Assembly: GCA_951813565.1 (NCBI GenBank)
Contig: OX638351.1
Location: 3,410,492 to 3,474,491, forward strand
DNA length: 64,000 nucleotides
Direction: 5' to 3'
Origin: an uncultured Poribacteria bacterium
GTDB taxonomy: Bacteria; Poribacteria; WGA-4E; WGA-3G
The position numbers and the translations under genes are program-made. Shown here in pieces: positions 1-8,377 of the stretch (position 1 is its first letter; each line of letters begins with the position of its first letter). A model generated the notes under the pieces. The model worked only from the letters and a program-made list of their open reading frames with translations. It did not search any database and was not told where the DNA came from.

Positions 1-2
1 AT

Positions 3-593
3 GAGTTAAAAGATGCTGGAGCAGAACTCCCTAAAGCAAGTGACTTTTCTGGTAAGGGACGCGTCGCTTGGAGTGCAAAAGACCCTACCCGTATCTATTT
101 CCTTGTTGAAATTACAGACGATGAACTCCAAGACATCAACCCGCATAATAGTAAGTGGTGGGAGGATGATAGCGTTGAATTTATGTTTGATTTTGACAAC
201 GAAGTGGTAAGGGCAGCGCTCGTTCAGTGGACTCTCGGCGCCAATGGAAAGGATCTTTCTGCCGCCGCATCGGCAGACAATACGGAATGGGCACTTTCTA
301 AGAACGGCAATAATTATATCTATGAAGTTGCTCTTGATCCGACAAAACCACGCGGTCCAAATCCAGGTAACCCAAATAGCGGAAAGAACTTCAAAGCGAA
401 AGATGGATTAACTATTGGATTTAGTTTTCACATGAATGATTGTGAAAATGGGCAGCGTGAACATCAGATTGGATGGATAGCCGGTAATGCTTGGGATGCA
501 CTCGCTTTTGGTGATCTCACTTTTGACAAAGAATTCTTGGACGTGGAACCGTTAGGTAAAGTCGCATTAACATGGGCGGCTATCAAACAATAG
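3..593 (+). CDS. CBM9-like / DOMON-like carbohydrate-binding domain protein, 5' truncated at window edge (true frame is frame 3; the 13..210 ORF is a wrong-frame artifact)
   Basis: Frame 3 is open from nt 3 and translates to ELKDAGAELPKASDFSGKGRVAWSAKDPTRIYFLVEITDDEL...DDSVEFMFDFDNE. This 'GK..V.W..KD..RIYFLVEVTDD / D.VE.F.D' pattern is typical of CBM9/sugar-binding DOMON-like modules. The same family recurs at 53942..54640. Confidence 0.55.
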   Translation, partial: ELKDAGAELPKASDFSGKGRVAWSAKDPTRIYFLVEITDDELQDINPHNSKWWEDDSVEFMFDFDNEVVRAALVQWTLGANGKDLSAAASADNTEWALSKNGNNYIYEVALDPTKPRGPNPGNPNSGKNFKAKDGLTIGFSFHMNDCENGQREHQIGWIAGNAWDALAFGDLTFDKEFLDVEPLGKVALTWAAIKQ

Positions 594-746
594 TTTCTTT
601 GCCATGCCTATTTCCGTGGGCATGGCTTTCCTACCAACTAAATCAAATCCAACCTTCTTAATTGAAAATTACTTCCCGCTTGTTTCATCAAAACCCCATG
701 CTTCTGCAATGTATCAGCAAACCTCTTACAAAGGAAGACGCCTTTA

Positions 747-1583
747 ATGTATAACCTAAATGGAAAAGTCGCTTTGGTGACAGGTGCAGGAGGTAGAAAA
801 GGCATTGGTCGAGCCATCGCTACGCGTTTAGCAAAAGAGGGAGCAGATGTTGCTGTCAACGATATAACCGAACATCCGTATGCAGCGGACGATACGGAGT
901 GGGGTGGGTTACCAGATGTTGTTCGCGAAATCGCAGCGATAGGCCAACGATCTATCAGCGTAGTTGCGGATGTATCAGATGCAAAGCAGGTTGGCGAAAT
1001 GGTAGAAAAAACCGTTGCTCACTTTGGAAAGATAGACATTCTCGTTAACAATGCAGGGACAAAAGCCGGAAAAGATCGCGTGTTAGTCGTTGACCTCGCT
1101 GAAGAAGATTGGGATAGGGTGCAAAATGTTAATGTGAAAGGGGTGTTCCTCTGCTGCCAAGCGGTGGCACGACACCTTATCGCACAGGGCACTGGTGGCA
1201 AAATCATCAACATCTCATCCGTAACAGGCAAACGAGGTTCAGCACGCTATGCCGCGTACAGCGCCTCTAAATTTGCTGTCCTCGGTTTAACACAGTCCCT
1301 TGCACACGAACTCGCACCGTATCAGGTTAATGTCAACGCTATCTGCCCAAGTCTTGTGGATACCGAACGCGTTGCACATTTAGCTGCTGCTATGATGCCT
1401 GCAGACCTTTCAGCAGATGAACAAAAAGCAGAGTTTGCCCGTCGCGCTGAGACATCCGTGCCGTTAGGGCGACTTGCTGAAGGGGCGGATATAGCGAATA
1501 TGGTAGCATTTTTTGCCTCAGATGAAGCCGCTTATCTTACAGGATTGGCTGTCACTGTATCGGGCGGTTCAGTGATGGATTAG
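747..1583 (+). CDS. SDR-family oxidoreductase (FabG-like short-chain dehydrogenase/reductase)
   Basis: Gly-rich NAD(P)-binding motif VALVTGAGGRKGIGRAIA, NNAG motif, and catalytic YxxxK (YAAYSASKFAV). Length 278 aa. Confidence 0.9.
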   Translation: MYNLNGKVALVTGAGGRKGIGRAIATRLAKEGADVAVNDITEHPYAADDTEWGGLPDVVREIAAIGQRSISVVADVSDAKQVGEMVEKTVAHFGKIDILVNNAGTKAGKDRVLVVDLAEEDWDRVQNVNVKGVFLCCQAVARHLIAQGTGGKIINISSVTGKRGSARYAAYSASKFAVLGLTQSLAHELAPYQVNVNAICPSLVDTERVAHLAAAMMPADLSADEQKAEFARRAETSVPLGRLAEGADIANMVAFFASDEAAYLTGLAVTVSGGSVMD

Positions 1584-1839
1584 AAGAGGTTTTCAACCTG
1601 ATGTATCACGCTTTGGAAGCGCGATACATTATGGTGTGACATCGGCGTTGCAAACGCCTTCCACAAGAGACAATACACAGCCTAATCCGCATTATCAACC
1701 GTGAGATCCCACAACAACACGATGCCACCACTCACACTCGCCAGTGTTTCCCCGTCCGGACTAAATGCTATACTTAAGACAGAATCCCGATACGCTTTTA
1801 GTGTCCGCAGATGTTTGCCGGTGCGCATATCCCACAACA

Positions 1840-3555
1840 TCACGGTGCTATAACCATCCCACTCGCCAGTGTTTCCCCATCCGGACTGAATGCTACGCTA
1901 TAGAGTTCTCTGCGATGTCCCTTCAATGTCCGCAGCAGTTCGCCCGATAGTGCATTCCATAAACGCACGGTCTTGCCCTGATCGCCACTTGCTATGGTTT
2001 TGCCATCTGGACTGAACGCTACACATTTAACTTGATCTTTATGCTTCAACGTCAAAAGCGGGGCACCACTATGTACATCCCACGCGCGCGCAGTGCCATC
2101 ACGACTCCCGCTCACCAGCAGAAAACCATCCGAACTGAACGCGACAGTACTGACCCAACTCTGATGCTCTGTTATCATATTGATACGTTTACCTGTTGGC
2201 ATATCCCACAAACAGATGGTGCCAATACCACTCCCACTCGCCAGCGTTTTTCCATCCGGGCTAAATGCGACGGTTGTGACCAGACGTTTATGTCCAACCA
2301 ACGGCGGAAGCGCTGCACCTGTTTTTACATCCCACAAACCCACGGTATTGTCCCCACTGCCACTTGCTAATATCTGTCCATCGGGACTAAACGCAACGCT
2401 TGTGACCGGTTCGGTATGCCCTTCCAGTAACCGCAGCGTTTTCCCTGTCTGCACATCCCACAAATGCACGTTATTGTCCCAATTACCGCCTGCCAGTGTT
2501 TTGCCATCTGGACTGAACGCGATGCAACGGATATTCTGCGTATGGTTTACTATCTTTCGAAGTTCTCTGCTGGTTTCCACATCCCACAACCGCACGGTGT
2601 TGTCCCTACTACCACTCATCAACGTTTTACCATCTGGGCTATATGCAACGCTGATACCGCCTTCCGCATGCCCAGACAACACTCGTTGATGTGTCCCTGT
2701 CTGCACATCCCACAGCCGAATAGTTTTGTCCCAACTCCCACTTGCGAGCGTCTTTCCATCCGGACTGAACGCTACACTCACGACAGACTTGTTATGTGCA
2801 GTCAACGTCTGAAGAGATACGCCCGTTTGCGCAACCCACAAGCGGATAGTTTCGTCTTCACTTGCACTTGCCAGTGTCTTTCCATCTGGACTAAACGCTA
2901 CGTCTAAGATTTTGTCCCAATGCGCTATGAACGTCCGCAGCGTTTTCCCTGTCTGCACATCCCACGACCTCGACATTTTGTCATTGCTCCCACTTGCCAA
3001 TGTTTTCCCATCCGGACTGAATGCGACGCTTGTTACACCCCCAATATGTCCTTCAAGTGTCCGCAGATGTTTGCCGGTGTGTACATCCCACAAACGGATG
3101 GTCTCGTCCTCACTTGCACTTGTGAGCGTTTTCCCATCCTGGCTGAACGCAACGTCCGTGGTCCTGCCTTCATGTCCTTGCAGCGTCCAAAGTTCAGTGC
3201 CGGTGTGCACATCCCACACACGGACGGTTCTATCGATACTTGCACTCGCCAATAAAGAACCATCTGGACTGAACGCTACGCTCAAAATCCATTCCGTATG
3301 CCCTGTCAGCAGATTAAGGGTTTTGTCCGTCTCTACGTCATACACCCAAATACCGATGCTACAAGCGACTGCCAAGCGTTTTCCATCATCGCAACTCGCG
3401 ATATTTCCTGTTATTGAGCCTCTACCGATCCGCGCTTTCACGCCTTCGAGTAAACCTCGTAAATGCCAATCCTGCGCGTCTTGTGCAACGGTGTTTAGAG
3501 AAATAACGCATATCGCTAACCCAATCGTTAAAATCAAAAACAGCGTTTTTTGCAT
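1840..3555 (-). CDS. secreted WD40 beta-propeller repeat protein
   Basis: N-terminal signal peptide (MQKTLFLILTIGLAICVISLNTVA) followed by more than 12 WD40 units with recurring GHT..V.SVAFSPDGK.LASGS.D.T(I/V)RLWD. Same paralog family as the 44.7-64 kb array. Confidence 0.85.
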   Translation of the reverse strand: MQKTLFLILTIGLAICVISLNTVAQDAQDWHLRGLLEGVKARIGRGSITGNIASCDDGKRLAVACSIGIWVYDVETDKTLNLLTGHTEWILSVAFSPDGSLLASASIDRTVRVWDVHTGTELWTLQGHEGRTTDVAFSQDGKTLTSASEDETIRLWDVHTGKHLRTLEGHIGGVTSVAFSPDGKTLASGSNDKMSRSWDVQTGKTLRTFIAHWDKILDVAFSPDGKTLASASEDETIRLWVAQTGVSLQTLTAHNKSVVSVAFSPDGKTLASGSWDKTIRLWDVQTGTHQRVLSGHAEGGISVAYSPDGKTLMSGSRDNTVRLWDVETSRELRKIVNHTQNIRCIAFSPDGKTLAGGNWDNNVHLWDVQTGKTLRLLEGHTEPVTSVAFSPDGQILASGSGDNTVGLWDVKTGAALPPLVGHKRLVTTVAFSPDGKTLASGSGIGTICLWDMPTGKRINMITEHQSWVSTVAFSSDGFLLVSGSRDGTARAWDVHSGAPLLTLKHKDQVKCVAFSPDGKTIASGDQGKTVRLWNALSGELLRTLKGHRRELYSVAFSPDGETLASGMVIAP

Positions 3556-3902
3556 GAGAGTTGTCCTTTTTTGGATGAAGTTGTTTTGACTTCATATTAT
3601 AACATGAGTTTGTGATAAAGGTATGTATAATTATTGGTTATTGGTAATTTTCTGAACCGCGGATTATCACGGATTTCTCGGATTACGCGGAATTTAGGAG
3701 TAGCACTGTTCGTAGTCGCGCAATTCATTGCGCCTCTTTCTTCTTCGTAGGTTGGGTAGCGAACCCTACCCAACCTACGATACTTACAAGAAAGATGACC
3801 TGGCTAATAACAATATATTTACACACTCAAAGATCACGAAAATACTTGACAAAAACTCAAAAACCTTTTAGAATTCATAAAAAATCCAGACTGGAGACAA
3901 GA

Positions 3903-4712
3903 ATGAAACTGGCAATATGCAACGAAATGTTTGAAAATTGGAAAATTGAGGATGTGTTCACTTATGCTGCCGAACTTGGATACGATGCGGTCGAAATTGC
4001 ACCATTTACATTAGCAGACTCGGTTTTGGACATCAGCGAAACGGAACGGACCCGAATCCGCAAAGCCGCTAAAGATGCAAAAATAGAAATCGCAGGACTT
4101 CATTGGCTACTCGTTTCACCGCCAGGGCTCTATATCAACCATCCGGACGCAGACATACGGAACGAAACACGGGACTATTTACTGGCACTTATTGAACTCT
4201 GTGCAGATTTAGATGGACAGATACTGGTTTTCGGGTCACCACAGCAACGCAATGTCATGGAACCGCTCAGCTTTGAACAAGCATGGAATTACGCAAAGGA
4301 TACCTTCGCAGCAGGGGCGGAACTCGCTGGTGAAAGAGACGTAGTATTGTGCATGGAACCGTTATCAAGCGATCAAACTAACTTTATTTCCCACCCTGAC
4401 AAAGCCGTTGAAATGGTTAACGCTGTGAATCATTCTAATTTTCAGATGATTTTGGACGTATGTAGTACCGCAAAAGAAGGTTTGGACATGCCAACACAAA
4501 TTCGCAACTGTGCCAAACATGTTGCACACTTCCATTCCAACGACGACAACGGCTATCTTCCCGGTTCTGGTAATGTAGATTATCCACCAATCATTGAAGC
4601 GTTGAAAGAGGTAAATTACAGCGGTTATGTCTCAACAGAGGTCTTTGATTTCAAACCAGACCCGAAGACGATCGCAAAACAGAGTATTGAATTTTTGAGC
4701 TCTCTACTATGA
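3903..4712 (+). CDS. sugar phosphate isomerase/epimerase (xylose-isomerase-like TIM barrel)
   Basis: MKLAICNEMFENW...GYDAVEI...GLHW...MEPL...HFHSNDDNGYLPGSG, the AP-endonuclease-2/xylose-isomerase-like fold signature. Start chosen at the ATG at 3903 with GGAG 8 nt upstream; the longer 3795 ORF has a non-protein-like leader. Confidence 0.8.
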   Translation: MKLAICNEMFENWKIEDVFTYAAELGYDAVEIAPFTLADSVLDISETERTRIRKAAKDAKIEIAGLHWLLVSPPGLYINHPDADIRNETRDYLLALIELCADLDGQILVFGSPQQRNVMEPLSFEQAWNYAKDTFAAGAELAGERDVVLCMEPLSSDQTNFISHPDKAVEMVNAVNHSNFQMILDVCSTAKEGLDMPTQIRNCAKHVAHFHSNDDNGYLPGSGNVDYPPIIEALKEVNYSGYVSTEVFDFKPDPKTIAKQSIEFLSSLL

Positions 4713-6304
4713 TATCCGAATTCCGTGAATGCTATAACGTTTATAGCAAACTCAGAACAGAAATGGGGCGTTGGCTCAAACAGAGCATGCTACTTGACCC
4801 GCCCGGCCCGAACAACGGCGGTGAGGACGAGGCAAACTATGCGCTCGCGTGGTTTCCACACTATTTAATCACTGGCGACCCAACCGTTTTGCAACACTTT
4901 GATGTTCTAAAAGAGGCACTTCTCGGTTGGGTAGAACGCGATTGTGTGCATGGGTATGAACCGAAGGCTGAAGCGCATCACGGGCCGGAACCATTTCTGC
5001 TCTTTTTGCCTCGCTATATCGGATTAAAACCGGACGATACTGAGGCGATTTCCCTTTTAACAGATGCCGCTGAACATATCGGGAATTGGGTGCCAGAAAT
5101 ACCGCCTTGGTACGATTACGCGCGAGATACATTTATCGGCTACAATATCGGCACACAGTTTGTCGAAAACGATAGAAAGAATGTCTATGAACTCGCGGAG
5201 CATTTCCGCTTCATTCACATCGCTCTCGCTACATATCATGTTACAGGTGAAAATCGGTATGTGGAGTGGGCATTACGGTATGGACGAAAACGGGCTGAGC
5301 GAATCATTGCGGCGCCGAATCCGATGCCGTTACTCTGGGATTTGAATGAAAATGGTCTTAGCGAGGCAGAAGTTGACGCAAAAAATTTGCATCGGCTTGT
5401 CGCAAGTTCACATCACGTTCCGGGAGACCCTTTGGCAGGAATTGAAAATCTACTGGCTTCTGGTGCCATTTATGCCTTAGGTGATCTGTATCTCTTATCT
5501 GGAGAAGAGATTTTCCAAGCTGCTGCGCAGCGAATCGTTGAACCACTTGTTACATCACTCAGTGATCCTTACAACGATCCAGCTGCATCTGCCCTCAGTT
5601 ATTATAGATGGACTTTCAACGATACCTATTTTGATACTGCCATTATTGGAGGCTTACAAGAACTTCCACCTACTTCACCAGAACTGTTAGCACTTGTATT
5701 CCCACAGGAAACTCGTCGCCGAGAACTCGGGGTAGGAAAGCGGTCAGATATGGCATACTGGGGTGAATGGTCAGATGACGGTTCGGTTCAACCGATACAT
5801 GAACCGTCAACTGCAACGTTAACACTCGCGTATCAGGTAACAGGTGAGGTAGCTTATGCAGTTAGAGCATTGCGGAATGCTGCTACCCGCCTAACTATCG
5901 CAAGACGTGTACTACGCGGTGGAAGGGAACACGCGGACATGGGGGGTGCTGTCTGCTCAGTTGCCGCAGGGCACGGACGCAATTGGGGACAAGGCGCAGT
6001 AACTGCTTGCTACGGTCCTCTGCTCCTCGGTACCCGTGAAATCTTGGGCAAGGTTGTCCCACTCATAACTATCAAAAAAACGAATGGACAAAACGTGATA
6101 CCACCAACACTTCTCTCCTTAGTCCGCCCTATTATTGGGACAAAAAACAAAGCAGAATTAATCTTTTACAATAGTGGCGATTCGTCTCTCAAATTTTCGT
6201 GGCAGCCACAAAATTACACTCATGCGTCAAGTAAGAAGGTTGAAGATAGTCCGTGGTACGATGAGGTTCTTGCAGCAAACGAGATTCAGAAACGGACTTT
6301 GTAA
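4709..6304 (+). CDS. hypothetical protein (531 aa), translationally coupled to the upstream isomerase
   Basis: ATGA start/stop overlap with the 3903..4712 gene. Long ORF with protein-like composition and no motif I can name confidently; possibly an alpha-helical glycoside-hydrolase-like fold. Confidence 0.55.
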   Translation: MISEFRECYNVYSKLRTEMGRWLKQSMLLDPPGPNNGGEDEANYALAWFPHYLITGDPTVLQHFDVLKEALLGWVERDCVHGYEPKAEAHHGPEPFLLFLPRYIGLKPDDTEAISLLTDAAEHIGNWVPEIPPWYDYARDTFIGYNIGTQFVENDRKNVYELAEHFRFIHIALATYHVTGENRYVEWALRYGRKRAERIIAAPNPMPLLWDLNENGLSEAEVDAKNLHRLVASSHHVPGDPLAGIENLLASGAIYALGDLYLLSGEEIFQAAAQRIVEPLVTSLSDPYNDPAASALSYYRWTFNDTYFDTAIIGGLQELPPTSPELLALVFPQETRRRELGVGKRSDMAYWGEWSDDGSVQPIHEPSTATLTLAYQVTGEVAYAVRALRNAATRLTIARRVLRGGREHADMGGAVCSVAAGHGRNWGQGAVTACYGPLLLGTREILGKVVPLITIKKTNGQNVIPPTLLSLVRPIIGTKNKAELIFYNSGDSSLKFSWQPQNYTHASSKKVEDSPWYDEVLAANEIQKRTL

Positions 6305-6341
6305 GAAAGGTCTCACGCAAATAATTTTGGAATGTGTCTGA

Positions 6342-7142
6342 TTAATTTCCGAAATTCTGTGCAACAAGTACTAAATCCAGAATATTAACTTTCCCGTCGC
6401 CGTTTACGTCTCCCTCCGTATCTTCTTGACCAAACCGAGAAGCTACAAAAACAAGGTCTGATATATTGACAACACCATCCCCAGTCACATCGTAAAGTAG
6501 GTTGGAACTAACCAATTCATAAACAATATCTTGGCTATTTTCGAATTTAACGGGACCGAAGTTTGGTGCAAGCCATTGGTAGGCGGTAGCACGCGTTATT
6601 GATAAAGTAGAAATGGTTCTTGTCTGTATTCTAATTTTTAGGCAATTCTCAAATGTCCCTGCTGGCGTCACAACATCTTCTACTTCGATAACTTCATTAG
6701 AACTTATGAATGTGATAGGACCGATTAAGTTCACTTCTGAATCAGCCGTAAGTTCCCACGAGGTTCCAAGCTTTAGTAATGCTGGATAGAAAAGAGCGGG
6801 TGGATATAACACGGCAATTGCTACACCAAACACTGAATCAAGTTCCACCTCAATTTTATAAAGTTTAATACCCTCTTCATCAAAATTGATAAGATACCGC
6901 TCAGTTGTAATGGAATCTGTTCCTAATGTCTCAGTCGTAATTTTGAGTAGTGCGAGTTCTTTGCCGTCAATGGACTCATCAGATGTTTCAACAGTGTAAG
7001 TTAGCCGTTCAGCTTTATCCTCGCTTTCCATGACCCATATATTGCCAAGAGTCGTTGGATAATAATTTTGTGCCATAGCAGTGAAACTAAAAAAGATGAG
7101 CAGGGCTGCTAAAAGCGCCACCAATAAAGCATTTTTAAACAT
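6342..7142 (-). CDS. secreted dockerin-domain protein
   Basis: Signal peptide (MFKNALLVALLAALLIFFSFTAMA). C-terminal tandem dockerin type-I Ca-binding repeats: DVTGDGVVNISDLVFVASRFG and DVNGDGKVNILDLVLVAQNFG. Confidence 0.75.
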   Translation of the reverse strand: MFKNALLVALLAALLIFFSFTAMAQNYYPTTLGNIWVMESEDKAERLTYTVETSDESIDGKELALLKITTETLGTDSITTERYLINFDEEGIKLYKIEVELDSVFGVAIAVLYPPALFYPALLKLGTSWELTADSEVNLIGPITFISSNEVIEVEDVVTPAGTFENCLKIRIQTRTISTLSITRATAYQWLAPNFGPVKFENSQDIVYELVSSNLLYDVTGDGVVNISDLVFVASRFGQEDTEGDVNGDGKVNILDLVLVAQNFGN

Positions 7143-7406
7143 TTAATCTTCCTTCCGCAAAATTGCTCAAAGTTCTCCCAGAACACCGAGGTGTTCTGTA
7201 TATAGTAAAGCACATAATTGCTTATACGCGTTGATGATTTCCTGTATTGTTTTTTAGCATTATATTGCCATCATCTTAATAATATTGGCAAAATCCTTTT
7301 CAATCGGGTTCAAATCCGGTGAATATGGAGGGAAAACAATAGATATTATGTGGAATGTTACAAGTTTACCAGATACTAACTATAAACACAATCAAATCGT
7401 TATAAT

Positions 7407-7740
7407 GGGGTGTGTAAAGTTTTTGTAGAAATCCGCACAACTCCTATTGTAGGGGCGGGTCTCCGGGAATGCCAAAAGGCATTCGGACCGTTGATTTCTT
7501 GATTTGGTGCCTGCCCGTTGCATGGCACTTCCTGCGCAGTGGCGGGGCACCAAATCAACGGTATGAATGCCTTATGACATTCCCCGGGACCCCGCCCTAC
7601 AGTGGACGCCGCGTAATCATTGCAAATTGAACCTATGTAACCAAATATTTACACACCCACACAAGAGTGCTTCTTGACAATTGAATGCCTCTGTCCTACA
7701 ATAAGGCACAGTCATTTTTGTACAAAAACTTTACACACCC
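7407..7740. repeat. MITE-like palindromic repeat, family A (two adjacent or nested copies)
   Basis: Ends are GGGTGTGTAAA...TTTACACACCC. The GC-rich palindromic core GGGCGGGTC(T/C)CCGGGAATGCC...GGCATTCCCCGGGACCCCGCCC recurs at 16578..16733, 35688..36146 and 51589..51688. Partial copies lie at 38761..38826 and 40124..40190. Confidence 0.8.
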
Positions 7741-7886
7741 ATAAAAATTTGATTTGCAGAAAATACACATTTATAGTATCATATAAATGTGCATATTTTA
7801 TCATTAAAGGTACTACATCCGTCTTTTAGCAAAACATGGTAGTGCCTTGCATTTTACTTTTTTTAGACAGATAAGGAGCAAATAAT

Positions 7887-8180
7887 ATGAGCAATGAAGC
7901 ATTAGGAATGGTTGAAACACGTGGGTTGGTCGGTGCGGTTGAAGCTGCCGACACGATGGTCAAAGCCGCGAACGTCAAATTGATTGGAAAAGAACAGGTA
8001 GGCGGTGGTTTTGTAACCGTCATGGTCCGCGGGGATGTCGGGGCAGTGCAAGCTGCCACAGATGCTGGGGCAGAAGCTGCCAAAGCAGTTGGTGAATTGG
8101 TATCAGTACACGTTATTCCGCGTCCACATTCGGATGTTGAAACGATTATTGCTGGGAAAGCTGCCGATTCGGATGAATAA
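7887..8180 (+). CDS. bacterial microcompartment shell protein, BMC-H (PduA/EutM/CcmK family, Pfam PF00936-type)
   Basis: The 97-aa protein [85 protein letters not shown] aligns to PduA/EutM almost position by position (ALGMVET.G...[40 protein letters not shown]...VHVIPRPH). AAGGAG Shine-Dalgarno 8 nt upstream. Confidence 0.95.
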   Translation: MSNEALGMVETRGLVGAVEAADTMVKAANVKLIGKEQVGGGFVTVMVRGDVGAVQAATDAGAEAAKAVGELVSVHVIPRPHSDVETIIAGKAADSDE

Positions 8181-8377
8181 ATTCGTTGTTTGTGTTGGAC
8201 ATGGCGCGACATAGAGATCGCGCCTACGGGAACGTGAAAGCAACTTATACTTACTATTCCCGAATCAACACATAAGCCATGGGATGCACGGATTTCTGAA
8301 CACGAATCGGTATTTATGCTACACCTATTGATTTATTCGGTTTAAGTGCGTGCCTACTTGAGGTATTGGAGGGTTGA

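Noticed and set aside
13-210. ORF 13..210 (+) at the window start
   Set aside because: Wrong frame. Frame 3 is open from nt 3 and gives a continuous CBM9-like protein through 593. The 13..210 product is low-complexity and not protein-like.
1601-1632. Imperfect hairpin TGTATCACGC-TTTGGAA-GCGCGATACA between convergent SDR and WD40 genes as a bidirectional terminator
   Set aside because: The stem has a mismatch and no flanking U-tract on either strand, so it is too weak to call.
2180-3589. Multiple long plus-strand ORFs (e.g. 2180..2689, 2464..2907, 2912..3589) with repetitive 'PSGLNATLVT / CTSHK' peptides
   Set aside because: They are antisense or off-frame translations of the minus-strand WD40 gene 1840..3555. 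The periodic 'FSPDG…' repeat creates periodic pseudo-ORFs on the opposite strand. The same applies to plus-strand ORFs inside 44.7-58.7 kb and 60.8-64 kb.
3795-3902. Upstream extension of the sugar-phosphate isomerase ORF to 3795
   Set aside because: The extension (MTWLITIYLHTQRSRKYLTKTQKPFRIHKKSRLETR) is basic, low-complexity and overlaps the regulatory hairpins. The ATG at 3903 has a proper SD and matches family N-termini.
7826-8212. 128-aa minus-strand ORF overlapping the BMC-H gene
   Set aside because: Antisense to an unmistakable PduA-like gene. Ala/Thr/Ser-rich composition typical of reverse-frame translation of GC-skewed codons.
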